From assembly GCF_009914755.1 (NCBI RefSeq), contig NC_060938.1: a stretch of 64,000 nucleotides of DNA. The stretch is one strand, 5' to 3'. Source of the DNA: the human T2T-CHM13v2.0 reference genome, Homo sapiens. A program made the translations under genes and the position numbers. The notes under the pieces are model-generated. The model was not told the origin of the DNA, did not search any database, and saw only the letters and a program-made list of their open reading frames with translations. This document shows, piece by piece, positions 1 through 14,252 of this stretch (position 1 is its first letter; each line of letters starts with the position of its first letter).

Positions 1-252
1 TGTATTTTGTTACTTTTATAGATTTTTAGAAATCTTTCACCATCTGGAATTTATTTTAATAGATAGTAAGAAGTTAGTGTGGTCTTTTTTCACATGGTTT
101 ATACATAATCTCATCATCAATTATTTGGGAAAAAATCTATTCTCTCATCCCTAATTTTAAAAGCTACTTTCTATATTTAATAATTCTGTTTCTGAACAGT
201 TTATTGTGTTTTGATATGCCAATAATATACTGTTTTACTTATTATCATTTTA

Positions 253-378
253 CTGTTTTTTTTTTTAAGAGTCATGGTCTCACAGTGTTGCCTCGGCTGA
301 CTCAGAACTCCGGGGTTCAAGGAATCCTCCCACGGCCTATCAAGTAGCTGGGCCTACAGGTGCACTCCACTGTACCTG
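253..378 (-). mobile_element. Monomeric Alu (FLAM-like)
   Basis: T-tract followed by a reverse Alu left-arm monomer; 17-bp TSD tacttattatcatttta at 236-252 and 379-395. Confidence 0.85.
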
Positions 379-534
379 TACTTATTATCATTTTATAAAA
401 CATTTTGATATCTCATAAAGCAATCTACACTCATTCCTCTTCTTATTCAAATGTTCACTGCGGAGACAAACACAAAGTAGATTATAGGGTGCCCGGGACA
501 GGTGGTAGAAATGGGGATTCACAGTAAATGGAAG

Positions 535-625
535 AAAGAGAGACAGAGGAGAGAGAGACAGAGAGAAAGAGAGACAGAGAGAGAGAGAGACAGGGAAGCA
601 GTGAGGGAGGGAGGGAGGGAGAACA
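535..625. repeat. (GA)n / GA-rich microsatellite
   Basis: Imperfect gagagaca/gaga run seen directly. Confidence 0.85.
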
Positions 626-1949
626 CAGAATAAATAGTGTTGAAACATGATCACTCAGTGTTTCTGAAGTTTTTGCCTGGTAATCTCACACAGCAGAAAC
701 ACCTCTGGCCTACCTGTGGAATGCAGGCTTCTTGGTTTTTCCTCAGTTCTCACTAATTGAAATTTCTGTGGATGAATCCAGAAATTTGCATTTTAAACAA
801 ATTTAAAGGTGATTCTTAGCTCACTAAAGTTGAACAAGGAATTTCTTAATATGCATTAAAATGAACTTGTGAAAAAGAAAACATCCTAAAACAGTAGGGA
901 AAACGTTTGGCCCTTTCAGCAAATGTTCTTGGAAGAAGAATGGGATGAATTGCTTCCTCCTTTTGGCTATTGTGAATCATGTTGCTATGAACATGGGTGC
1001 ACAAATACCTGTTCAAGTCCCTGCTTTTCTTCCCTGCTTTTAAACTTGCTTGGAAGGTTTATTGTAACTTAGAATTGCAGACTGAGAAAGGCCTTGGAGG
1101 GGTTGTCTATCTAGTCTCTCCTCCTAAAATGCAAGTTCTGAGCCCCAGATCAGAACTCTATATTTAACCACACACATAAGAAGTTTATAGTAAAAAGAAA
1201 AGATTGGAATGAGTTATGGGCTTGTAGGTGAACCAATATGTTTCAGAAGGATTATTAAGTGGTATTTTAAATTTTTAAATTTAAGTTTAAGATTAAAATT
1301 TAAATTTAAAACTGATTTAAATTAAATTAATTTTTAAAAAGATTTGTTTGAACACCTTATATAATAAAGCATCAATAAATCATGATCATATAATAATTAT
1401 ATAGCCTCAATCACAGAAGGAAAAACTAAATTAAATCTTTTAAATTGGCAATAATTATAATAACTTACAAACTCAATGCTGATAAGAGTGTGATGAGATG
1501 TTTCTGCAGAAAGAAATTGTTATAATTTTTTTGAAAAATTTGAGAAATACAATAAAAAGAATAGCTGATACTTTTCTCTAGCATTTCAATAGCTAGAATT
1601 CTAAGTTGCAATAATTTATATTGAAAGACAAACAGCAAATTTTACTTAAAAGGGAAAAAAATTGAAATTTTAAAATATAAATATCCAAAAATGTGGGAAA
1701 GGGAAAGGTTAAAATGAGTCTGATGTGTTTATAGAAATGACAATACACATTGCAATAATAATTATTATTATAAGAGCTAATATTTATTGAGACAGTATTT
1801 TATATTCATAGAATTGTATATTCTTAGAATGGGCTATTTTTCAGAATTTACAAATATATTAATCAATAAAGTTTTAGATCATCTGAGAAACAAGGAGAAT
1901 AGAAAAAAAGCATTAAAAACTTTAGAGATATGAAATATTTTGTGATATA

Positions 1950-2470
1950 ATATTATAGTACTAGGACTCTCTGGTTGACAGTGAGAAAAATTCCAAACAA
2001 ATTACCTTAAATGCAAGAGGCACTATGTTGACTCACAGAAGTTGGAAGTCCAAGAGGTAGAGCAGGAGAAAGAAATCAAATTCTTGACTAGACTCTTGTT
2101 TTTACTCTCTCCCACTCTACTCTCCTTTGTACACTAACTTTATTCTCATGTAGGGGCCTCTCCATGTAATGACAGAGTCAATCACTGCCCCCTTTGTAGC
2201 CTTATATTTAGGATCACAGTAGGAAGTGCCATTCTCTGCCACCTTCACTCAACATGGAAAATAACTTTTCTGATTGGCTGTGCTTCTGTCACATGAATAA
2301 ATCCAGGGATGTGGGGCACTCTGATTGGCTACCTGAAACACATGTCCTCTTTGAGAAGTAAAGGCAAAACTACACAATTAAAACCCAACAGAATTCCAAT
2401 TGTCGATAGAAGGGCTGTTCCCTATTACACAAAAAAGGAATGGAGACCAAATCCGAAAGTAATAAACGTG
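1950..2470. mobile_element. Old MaLR (MLT1-like) LTR, approximate bounds
   Basis: Motifs such as ggactctctggttgacagtgag..., tctgattggct...tcacatg and ctgattggctac resemble old MLT1 LTRs; recalled, not aligned. Confidence 0.45.
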
Positions 2471-5035
2471 CTTTGCTGTTTAGCTGGGGGAAAATCAAAA
2501 CACTCCATCTACAGCATGTTCCCAATTAACAGAAATATAGATTACAAGGGAAAGAAAAGAAAAAATGTAATAATAATAAGTTGTTATTTCTGAATGATAT
2601 ATTTCTGGTTAATTTTTTATTCTAATCTTTAAAATTGTCAATTTTACAAATTCAAAAAAATAACAAAATATCATTGAAGAAGTCAAGTTTTAAGATCTGG
2701 ATTGGCCATGTTCTTAAATATTAAGTGATAATTTTCCAGACTCCCACATGTTTATATCAGTAAACTCATTTTTCATCAGCATCAGGAAAATCTGTGCCTT
2801 AGTTTGAGTGGTTGAGAAAAGACAGATTATAAATCTTCAATCCTCAGAATTAGACTAACCTTTGTGAATAAATCCCAGGGTATCTCTTAGTTAAATCCAG
2901 TAGAAAAATATAGGTTTTAACCAGCTTTAAATTAAATTTTCACAAACATTTTGAGGCAATATTTATGTCTCAAACCTTTACACCCATGATTGAACTGAGA
3001 ATGGTATCAGGATGGGAAAATCTGGAGGAAAAATGTTATCCTTGTGAGTAAATAAGAGAATCAACAAGTTCACTGGTATATCACACCTTTGGCCCAATTC
3101 AAGACGTTTCCTCCCTTAGGGCCACTGTAAAAACTTGAGTGTCAGAGCTTAAAGCAGCACACAGACTAGACATACAGAAAACAAGTGTTTCTAAATAATT
3201 GAAAATCAACCTTCGGAGCATAAATAGAGTAATTTTCATATCTGATTTTACAAAAATGAAGTCAAACCAGGTCTGGGTTCACAGAAATCTCTTCAGAACT
3301 GACCGCACGTTTTTGCAAATTTATTTTACTCATATCTTATTTAGCTTTTTAAATGTACAATTCTGCAAAATTTTAAAAGGACTTAGGTAGATATTTACTA
3401 TTTTTCATGTAATGCTAGTGTGAGTCTAGAAGGTATAGACTGAGATGTGGCCTCTGGTTTTGTTTGATTTCCTAAGTTGGTATTTCTCAGGGATCAGAAA
3501 TAGCAAGAAAATTGAAATATGGAATATATGAGGATTGGCTCTCTCCTAGATTTGACACTGGAAAAGGAAGTAAACCTGGTGAAACAGTAGGTTCTATATT
3601 AAGAAAAAAATAACATACATCCCAGTTTTCATGTCATGCACACACATACACACACAGTCTACAATTTATGATGAACTAGAAATCAAAGTAATATTTTAAA
3701 AACAATATTAAGGATATTGAATTAAAATATGCAGAATATTTTTCACAGTTTTTGAGTAAATAAAAGATGTTCTTATTAAAAAAAGACAAAAGCACCATCA
3801 CAAAGAAAATTACTGAAAGACTTGATTACACACACATAAACTGAATCGCATACTATATACATGAGTGCACAGAAAATTTCACCATAAACAAAAAGCAAAA
3901 TAAGAATCTCTAAATACACCAAATATAAGATTCAAAGACCATAAACAGCTTAAAAAACACTTTCTAAACATGTGCAGTGTGAATGAGCTTCTCAAACTCA
4001 GGTGTAAATAAAATGTTAATTTCTTCTCTAAATCCAACATATCTGTACCAAAACCCCAACTATTGAAGGTGGCAGCAAAATGTAGTTCAGTTATTATTCT
4101 AGGTGTCTTCCACCATTCTTACAGAATCAGAGAAACCCAGGAATCTGAAGTTATCCTAGCACAAAAAGTTCAGTACTTTATATGTGAGTGTTGATTGACA
4201 TTATCAAAGTTTCTCTTTCTGTTATAAATGGCCTTAATATTGAGCAGAGATTTTCATCTGCATTTCAGGTATCTAAGAATTTAATACTAATGCTATTAAC
4301 TTCCACTTGAGCCATTAAGGCCCAAAGATATGACAACTTCTTGTGTTATAGAAACAAAGAAGTTCTCCCTTTCTTTTCCAGTCTTCTACAGCAATAAAAA
4401 CTAAATGTCAATCTATAACATATGACAAGGTAGAAAATGTCACTTTAAGAAGGCTGCATAATATGGTTTGTATTATGTTCACTGCCAGTCTTTATTCAGA
4501 TTGTATTAATCGTGAGCCAGTCACTCTAGTCTCTTCCTTCCTTCCTCTGGGTCCTTATGTCTGTGAAGAGAAACTAATAGGTCCCAGTCTGGTATAGCCT
4601 CAAGCAACACCTGAGGCTCCCTATACTTTCAGAGAACTAAAATACTTTAGATATGGCTTTGAAAAACAAGATAGAGAGAGAGAAAGAGAGCAAAATGGCA
4701 GAATAGAAGATTCTCTGGCATCATTCCCTCCCAAAAAAACATAACTAGAAACTACTCAAAGACAAAAATACCACCCTGAATCCCTGAATACAACAAAACT
4801 TGGGGGAGAAGTAGAGAAACCCCCTTGATCCACAGAATCAAAACAAGCCACCACCAGTAAGAGAAATAGCCATTTTAGACTGTGCCAACCCTTCTGCAAG
4901 CCACCAAGCCTTCCCCAACCCTTCCCCTTCCATGGAGCATTTCTGTGGCAGGTCAATTCTCCCTGACAATCACACAGACAGGCCTGCATAGCACTCCACT
5001 TACACAGACAAATTTCCACAGAGCTGCCGTAACAT

Positions 5036-5638
5036 TGAGCAAATAGTTAAACCTAGAGAAATTGGTGCCCAGACATCAAGGAAATGAAACATATGGTCAG
5101 TAGGAGCCTTGCATGAGCTTTTCCCTAACCTGGAGCAAGTCAAAATAATAGGGACAGCCTTACATTCCTAGTGCCAGGACCTGTCTTGGATGCTGAGATG
5201 AGTCAAGGTAACAGAGACAGCTGTTTGAATAGATTTATTGAAGAGTCTAAGGCAGCTCTCCAGACCAAGCTGTGAAGGAAATGAGATAGAAATAATCACT
5301 CTGATACCACAGTAGACAGGCCTTGAAGATACTGGGGCCCTCACAGCTTAATCGGACTTAGCAAGCATTCTTTTTTTTTTTTTTTTTTTTGCCTCTGATC
5401 TTCTAGTTGAAACAAAATTAATTACCAATAGACTTAGACAAGTGCTATACTGCATGTAGACACATAACCCCAATCTATATAAGAAAATTGTAACACTTTG
5501 AGTTGGTCTGATGGAATTATCTCCATTCTTCTCCCTGTATCCTGTAACAGCAATAAATTCCCTTCTTTTCTAGTTTGTCTGCTTCTCGTTATTGGGCCAC
5601 AAGAAAAAGCAGCCGAACCTGGCTTATTTCCGGGAACA
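5036..5638 (+). mobile_element. ERV1-class solo LTR inside the L1 5' region (5' boundary uncertain)
   Basis: TATA (ctatataag, about 5475), AATAAA (about 5552), U5-like end ...ttccgggaaca; family not assigned. Confidence 0.6.
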
Positions 5639-8447
5639 TTTCCTTACACCCATAGTTGCTGAGGTGAGAGGAGAGAATTGGAGGTGAACATCTGACCCCA
5701 CCACTAGTCTGGGAGTTTTCATGGGAAGCCCCATTCTGGTCCCTTCCCATAGGAACTATTGGGAGTGCCAGGAGGACCAGACCACCTGGGGTGAATTGAG
5801 ATGTTGACTGCAGTGACTGGCACATGAATCATGGTGTCTACTCAGTGCTCCAAACAGTGAGGGTACCGCACTGAAGAGATTGGCTGGTATCATAGCGCCA
5901 CAGGGGGCACAATCTGTGGGAAGGCCCAAATTCCTAGCCAGGTTTTTCACAAAGCCCAGGTGCTCACATGGAGCCCTCCTCTGGCCTGGAAACAACTAAA
6001 AGATCAGGATTAAGTTGCAGTGCCTGTTTATGTCTTTCTCAGACTGGGAAACAATTTAGTTCTAGAGCAGTGTTTAAGTTCCAATGTTCTCTATAAATCT
6101 TCCCCTAATTAGAAAACAATGCCAGGAAAAAAAGTTAGTTCTAGCGCAGTGTTTTAATTCTAGTGCTCACTATAAGTCCCCCCAAGAACCAGAAGCAACA
6201 ACAAGCCATATTTAAGTTTTGATACTAAGAAGCGAAACCCTAACATCACCAAAGAACAACTAGAAAAGCTGGAAGATGTATCTATCTCCTCAAATGCACA
6301 GACATAAAAGTGAATCAATAATCAAGAACAAAAACCGTATGATCATGTTAATAGATGCCAAAAAAAGCATTTGTTAAAATTCACATCTTTTCATGATGAA
6401 AACTTACACAAACTGGGTGTAGAAGGAATATGCCTCAAAACAATAAAGGTTATATATGACAAACCCACAGCTAATATCATACTGATGGGAAAAAACAGAA
6501 AGCCTTTCCTTTAATATCTGAAATAAGGAAAGGATGCCCACTTTCATCACTTTTATTCAACATAGTACTGGAAGTCCTAGCCAGACAAATTAGGCAAGAA
6601 AAAGATAAACAAATAAAGGGCATCCAAATTGGAAAGGAGAAAGTCAAGTTATCCTAGTTTGCAGGTGACATAATCTTATACCTAGAAAAATCTAAAGATT
6701 CCATCAAAAAACTGTTAAAACTGATAAATGAATTCAGTAAGTTTGCAGGACACAAAATTAACATACAAAAATCAATAGCATTTTTATACATCAACAACAA
6801 ACAATCTGAGAAAGAAAGCGATCACATTCACAGTAGCTGCAAAATATTATAAAATAATTGAAATAAGTTTAACCAAAGAAGTAAAAGATCTCTAAAGTGA
6901 AAACTATAAAACATGGATTTAAAAAGTTGAAAAGGACACCAGAAAATGCAAAGACATCCCATTTCCATGGTTTGGAAGAATTAATATTAATAACATGTCC
7001 ATACTACCCAAAGTGATCTACAGATTCAATGCAATGCCTATCAAAATACCAGTGACATTCTACATAGAAATAGAAAAGATAATCTTAAGATAAGTGTGAA
7101 GCCACAAAGGACCCTGAATAGTCAAAGCATTGCTGAGCAAAAAGAATAAAGCTGGGGGCACCATACTACCTGACTTCAAAATATACTACAAAACTATAGT
7201 AACCATTATAGCATGATACTGGCATAAAAGCAGACACATAAACCAATGGAACAGAATAGAAAACCCTAAAATAAATCCACATATTTACAGTCAATTCATT
7301 TTTGGCAAATGTGGCAAAAACATACACTAAGGAAAGAATATCCTCTTCAATAAATAGTGCTGGGGAAACTAGATATCCATAAGCAGAAGAGTAGATCTAG
7401 ACCCTTATCTCTCACCATATACAAAAACCAAATCAAATGAATTAAAAACTTAAATATAAGGCCTAAAACTATAAAACTACTGAAAAAAACATTGGATAAG
7501 TGCTTCAGAATATTGATCTGGGCAAAGACATTTTGGGTAAGACCTCAAAAGCACAGGCAACAAAAGCAAAAATAGACAAATGACATTACCTAAAGCTAAA
7601 AAGCTTCTGCATAGAAAAGGAAACATTAAGAGTGAAGAGACCACCTACAAAATAGGAGAAAATATTTGCAAACTACCTATCCGACAAGGGGTAACCAGAA
7701 TACATAAGAAATTCAAACAACTCAATAGCAAAAAAAAAATTTGATTTTAAAATGGGCAATGATCTGAATAGAAATTATTTAGAAGACATACAAATAGACA
7801 ACAGGTATGTAAAAAAAGCTCAGTCACTAATCATCAAGGAAATGTAAACCAAAACTATAATGTGTCGACAAAAAGAGTCAAACTCTGTAAAATACTTGAA
7901 GAGGTTTATCCTGAGCCAAATATGAGTAATCATGGTCCATGACACAGCCCACATGAGGTCCTGAAAACATGCGGCCAAGGTGGTCAGGGTACAGCTTGGT
8001 TTTATATATTTTAGGGAGGTATGAGACATCAATCAGATACATTTAAGAAATGCATCAGTTTGGTTCAGAAAGGCGGGACAACTCAAAGCGGGGGCTTCCA
8101 GGCTTTAGAAAAATTTAAACATTTTCTGGTTGACAATCGGTTGAGTTTGTCTAAGACCTGGGATCAATAGAAAGGAAATGTTCAGGTTAAGATAAAAGAT
8201 TGTGGAGACCACAATCTTTTGATGTTCTTTTGAAGTCTTATAGTGGCTGCCCTTAGAGACAATAGATGATAAATGTTTCCTATTCAGGTCTTTAAAAGGT
8301 GCTACACTTTTAGATAATCTCTTCAGGATTGAGAGGGCCTGGAAGAAAAAGATCTAGCTATGTTAGTAGAGATTCTTTACAAATGCAGATTTTCCCCCAC
8401 AAAGGACACTTTGCAGGGCCATTTCAAGATATGGCAGAGAAACATGT

Positions 8448-8967
8448 TGTGATGGTTAATACTGAGTGTCAACATGATTGGATTGAAGGATGCAAAGTAT
8501 TGATGTTGGGTGTGTCTGTGAGGGTGTTGCCAAAGATTAACATTTGAGTCATATGTAACAAACCTGCATGTTGTGCACATGTACCCTAGAACTTACAGTA
8601 TAAAAAACAACAACAACAACAACATTTGAGTCGGTGGGCTGGGGAAGGCAGATCCACCCTTAATCTGGTGGGCACCATCTAACCAGTTGCCAGTGAATAT
8701 AAAGCAGGCAGAAAAACATGAAAAGACGAGACTGGCCTAGGCTCCCAGCCTACATCTTTCTCCTGTGCTGGATGCTTCCTGCCCTTGAACATCAGACTCC
8801 AAGTTCTTCAGTTTTGAGACTCAGACTGGCGCTCCTTGCTGCTCAAGCTTGCAGACAACCTATTGTGGGACCTTGTGATCATGTAAGTTAATACTTAATA
8901 AACTCCCCTTTATATATAAACATCTATCCTGTTCGTTCTGTCCCTCTAGGGAACCCTGACTAATACA
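8448..8967 (+). mobile_element. HERV-L 5' LTR (MLT2A, length fits MLT2A1)
   Basis: TGTGATGGTTAATACTGAGTGTC...GACTAATACA; TATAAA at 8698; followed by PBS-like gattttggtaccaggagtgg; direct repeat of 14253-14667. Confidence 0.92.
8551..8620 (+). mobile_element. Very short 5'-truncated primate L1 (L1PA 3' end)
   Basis: atatgtaacaaacctgcatgttgtgcacatgtaccctagaactta plus an A/CAA tail; 12-bp TSD aacatttgagtc at 8539-8550 and 8621-8632; absent from the 3' LTR. Confidence 0.9.
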
Positions 8968-11900
8968 GATTTTGGTACCAGGAGTGGTTCTAGAGGAAGA
9001 GAATATTAAGGATGGAATTCTTTTATTGGTTTTGGGGTTTCTGGAGTTAGCTGCTTAATATGATTAGACCCCAAAATGCTAAGGACTGCACTTCTAATAG
9101 TATGGAAAATACTGATAGTCTTTGGCATTAACTGTTTAGAGACTTATGCAAAATAAATGCACTCGACACTCCTGATTCACCGCTCATGAGAGGCAAGGAG
9201 CTTAGTGACTCTATATATAATACCTTTGACTGTATGTGGAGAGCCAAGGAACACGATGAAGCTGTTAGTTGCTCCTAAGTTCAGTGGATAAAGTGATGAA
9301 AGAAAATTATGAACTCAAGGATTCTGTCTCTCAGCTTCAGAAGCAGATACTGAGCCTCAAATCTACTAAGATTGCTTTGAGTGAGAGTCTTATCTCCTGT
9401 AGAAAAAGAGGTGAAATTGTGAAAAAACAGACACAGACTTTTATCATGCGAGTGGCTGAACTGCCACAAAAGGGGCATGCACAGCCTTACCAGGTGTCTA
9501 CTGTTAAAGTGAGGGCATTGGCTGGAATGGGACCCTGCAACTTGGAATGAGGACGTGTGGGAGGACCCTGATGAAGCTGGGGACACTGAGTTTGTAAACG
9601 CTGATGAACCATTTTTGCCAGAAGATACAGCTTTCTCATCCCCAGTAGTGGCAACATCCCCTCCCCAACCCATGCTGCTATCAGCCTTTCCACCTTTGTC
9701 TGAGGAGATAAACCCTGTGCTGTCTGAGGCAACACTGATGGCCCCCCATGAGGCAGTTGCCAGTCAAAATAATGTTGATTCTCCTCAGGAGCCACCCCTA
9801 ACACTCCTATCTGCTTCTAGACCTGTAACTAGACTAAAGTCCCAGTGGGCCCCTAGAGGTGAGGTTCAGAGTGCGACCCATGAGGAGGTATGCTACACTT
9901 GAAAAGAACTGCTTGAGTTCTCTAATTTATATAAACGGCAGCCTGGAGGGAATGGGAACGGATATTAAGGGTATGGGATAATGGTGGAAGGAACATAGAG
10001 CTGGATCAGGCTGAATTTATTGATTTGGGCCCACTAAGTAGAGACTGTGCATTTAACATTGCAGCTCAGGGAGTTAAAAAGGGTTCTAATAGTTTATTTA
10101 CTTGGTTAGCTGAAATACAGTTTAAAAGATGGCCCACTGCAAGCAAGCTGGAAATGCCTGATCTCCCTTGGTTTAATGTAGAGGAAGGGATCCAAAAGCT
10201 TAGGGAGATTGGGATGGTGCAGTGGATTCATCACTTTAGACCTACTCATCCCAGCTTGGAGGGTCCAGAAGATATACCCTTGACCAATGTCTTGCAAAAT
10301 AGATTTGTAATGGCAGCATCTGCATCTTTGAAGAGCCCTGTACTTGCTCTTCTCTGCATGTCAGGTCTAACAGTGGGAACCACAGTCACTCAACTACAAA
10401 ATTTAAATACAGTGGGAATGATTGGATCCTGAGGTGGCAGAGGCCAAGTCATTACATTACTGACAATTTATGCAGTGAATCTTTCTCCTATCTTTCCCCA
10501 AGGAGACCTCCAGCCTTCTACCAGGGTAACTGTACACTGGGAAAGGGAAATGATCAGGCATTTTGGGGACTACTGGACACAGGGTCTGAGCTGATGTTGA
10601 TTCCAGGAGACCCAAAACGTCACTGTGGTCCTCTAGTTAAAGTAGGGGCTTATGGAGGTGAGGTAATTAATGGAGTTTTAGCTCAGGTTCCACTTACAAT
10701 GGGTCCCCGGACTCATCCTACGGTCATTTCCTTGGTGCCAAAATGTGTAATTGGCATAGACATACTTAGCAGCTGGGAGAACACCACATTGGCTCCCTGA
10801 CTGGTAGGGTGAGGACTATTATGGTGGGAAAGGCCAAATGGAAGCCATTAGAGCTGCCTCTACCTAGAAAAATAGTAAATAAACAACAATATCATATTCC
10901 TGGAGGGATTACAGAGATTAGTGCCACCTTCAAGGAATGGAAAGATGCAGGGGTGAGGATTCCCAACACATCCCCATTCAACTCTCTCATTTGGCCTGTG
11001 CAGAAGACAGATGGATCTTGAAGAATGACAGTGGATTATCGTAAGCTTAACCAAGTGGTGAGTCCAATTGCAGCTGCTGTACCAGATGTGGTTTTATTGC
11101 TTGAGCAAATTAACACATCTCCTGATACCTGGTATGCAGCCATTGACTTGGCAAATGCCTTTTTCTCCATTCCTGTCCATAAGGCCCAACAGAAGCAATT
11201 TGCCTTCAGCTGGCAAGGCCAGCAATATACCTTTACTGTCCTACCTCAGGGGTATATCAGCTCTCTGGCTTTGTGTCATAATCTTATTCGAAGAGACCTT
11301 GATGGCTTTTTGCTTCTGCAAAATATCACACTGCTGGTCCATTATGTTGATGACATTATGCTGATTGGATCCAGTGAGCAAGAAGTAGCAAATGCACTGG
11401 ACATATTGGTGAGACATTTGCATGCCAGAGGATGGGAAATAAATCTGACTAAAATTCAGGGAACTTCTACCTCAGTAAAATTTCTAGGGGTCCAGTGGTG
11501 TGCAGCCTGTCAAGATAGTCCTTCTAAGGTGAAGGATAAGTTGCTTCATTTGGCCCCTCCTGCAACCAAGAAAGAAGCACGATGCCTAGTGGGCCTATTT
11601 GGATTTTGGAGGCAGCACATTCCTCATTTGGGTGTGTTACTCCAGCCCATTTGTTGAGTGACCCCAAACGCTGCCAGTTTAGAGCAGAATAGGAGAAGGC
11701 CCTGCAACATGTCCAGGCTGCTGTGCAAGCTGCTCTGCCACTTGGGCCATATGACCAAGCAGATCTAATGGTGCTTGAGGTGTCAGTGGTAGATAGGGAT
11801 GCTGTTTGGAACCTTTGACAGGTCCCATATGTTAATCACAGTGGAGGCCTCTAGGATTTTGGAGCAAGGCCCTGCCATCTTCTGCAGATAACTACTCTTC

Positions 11901-14252
11901 TTTTGAGAGACAGCTCTTGGCCTGTTACTGGGCTTTGGAGGAAACTGAAAGTTTGACTATGGGTCATCAACTCACCATGTGATCTGAACTGCCTATCATG
12001 AACTAGGTGTTTTCTGACCATCTAGCCATAAAGTGGGTCATGCACAGCAGCATTGCATCATCAAGTGGAAGTGGTATATGCGTGATCAGGCTCAAGAAGG
12101 TCCTGAAGGCACAAGTAAGTTACATGAGGAAGTGGCTCAAATGCCCATGGTCTCCACTCCTGCCACCCTGCCTTCTCTCCCCCAGCCTGCACCAATGGCC
12201 TCATGGGGGGTTCTCTATGATCAGTTGACAGAAGAAGAGAAGATTAGGGCCTAGTTCACAGATGGTTCTACATGATATGTTGGCACCACTTGGAAGTGGA
12301 CAACTGCAGCACTACACCCCGTTTCTAGGACATCTCTGAAGGACAGCAGTGAAGGGAAATCTTCCCAGTGGGCAGAACTTCAAGCAGTGCACCTGGTCGT
12401 GCACTTTGCGTGGAAGGAGAAATGTCCAGATGTGTGATTATATATTATTTCATGGGCTGTAGCCAATGTTTTGGCTGGATTTGTCAGGGACTTGAAAGAA
12501 GCATGATTGTAAAATTGGTGACAAAGAAATTTGGGGAAGATGTATGTGGATGGACCCCTTTGAGTGATCAAAAGCTATGAAGATATTTGCATCTCATGGG
12601 AGTGCTTACCAATGTGTGGCCTCAGAAGATGAGGACTTTAATAATCAAGTGAATAAGATGACCCACTGTGGACACCACTCAGCCTCTTTCCCCAGCCACC
12701 CCTGTCATTGCCCAATGGCCTATGAACAAAGTGGCCATGGTGGCAGGGATGGAGGTTATGCATGGGCTCAGCAACATGGACATCCACTCACCAAGGTTCA
12801 CCTAGCTACGGTCACTGCTGAGTGCCCAATTTGCTAGCAGCAGAGGCCAACACTGAGCCCTCGATATGGCACCATTCCTCGGGGTGATCAGCCAGCTACC
12901 TGGTGGCAGGTTGATTATATTGAACCTCTTCCATCATGGAAAGGGCAAAAGTTTGTCCTCACTGGGATAGACACTTACTCCCGATGTGGATTTGCCTATT
13001 CTGCATGCAATGCTTCTGCCAAGACTGCCATCTGTGGTCTCACAGAATGCCTTATTCACTGTCATGGTATTCCACACAGCATTGCCTTTGACCAAGGCAA
13101 TCACTTTATGGCTAAAGCAGTGTGGCTGTGGGCTTATGCTCATGGATTTCACTGGTCTTACCATGTTCCCCATTATCCTTAAGCATCTTGATTGATAGAA
13201 TGGTGGAATGTCCTTTTGAAGTCACAATTACAATGCCAACTAGGTGACAATACTTTGCAGGGCTGGGGCAAAGTTCTCCAGAAGGCCCTGTATGTTTGAA
13301 TCAGCTTCCGATATATGGTACTGTTTCTCCCATAGCCAGGATTTACAGGTCCAGGATTCAAGGGGTGGAAGTGGAAGTGGCACCATTCACCATCACCTCT
13401 AGTGATTCACTAGCAAAATTTTTGCTTCCTGTTCCCATGACATTACATTCCGTTGGCCTAGAGGTCTTAGTTCCAGAGGTAGGAACACTGTCACCAGGAC
13501 ACATAACGACAATTCCATTAAACTGGAAGTTAAGATTGACACCCGGACACTTTGGGCTCCTCCTACCTTTAAGTCTATGAAGCCTAAGAAGGGAGTTACA
13601 GTGTTGGCTGGGGTGATTGACCCCGGCTATCAAGATGAAATCAGTCTACTACTCCACAATGGAGGTAAGGAAGGGTATGCATGGAATGCAGAAGATCCAT
13701 TAGGGAGTCTCTTAGTATTACCATGCCCTGTGATTAAGGACAATGGAAAACCACAACAACCCAATTTAGGCAGGGCTACAAATGGCCCAGACCCCTCAGG
13801 AATGATGGTTTGGGTCACTCTGCCAGGGAAAAAAAATCACGACCTGCTGAGGTGCTTGCTGAAGGCAAAGAGAATACAGAATATGTAGTAGAAGGTCATC
13901 AATACCAGCTATGACCACGTGACCAGCTGCAGAAACAAGGACTGTAACTGTCATGAGTATTTCCTCCTTCTTTTGTTAAATGCATGTTTGTGCATGTATA
14001 CACTATTACTAAGAAAATATCTTCATTTTATTTCCTTTATCATGTGACATAAGATTTATTGACTTCATATCAGCATGTAAGTATTGTTAACTTTATGTAA
14101 TAGTATTTGGGTTGGAGATTGGTGCGTTTCCAATTGTATGAAGGATAGTTGTATTATGTTAGGCATAATTATAACCTTATTATTGTCTTTATTTGAAGAT
14201 TATGTGTGTTCTCAGGAGATGCGTATGGATTCAAGTTGACAAGCGGTGGACT
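8968..14252 (+). pseudogene. HERV-L internal region: decayed gag, protease, RT, RNase H, integrase, dUTPase; no env
   Basis: Gag fragments at 9269-10432; protease LLDTGSE at about 10569; RT ORF 11025-11657 ([19 protein letters not shown]); integrase WQVDYI at about 12904; dUTPase-like GVTVLAGVIDPGYQDEI at 13577-13888; many stops and frameshifts. Confidence 0.95.

Noticed and set aside
1260-1340. AT-only quasi-palindromic tract (tttaaattt repeats)
   Set aside because: Low-complexity sequence in which palindromes are expected by chance
6040-6220. About 78-bp imperfect tandem units (ttagttctag.gcagtgttt)
   Set aside because: Lies in the L1 5' region, where such monomer arrays are expected; not CRISPR-like (no unique spacers, eukaryotic context)
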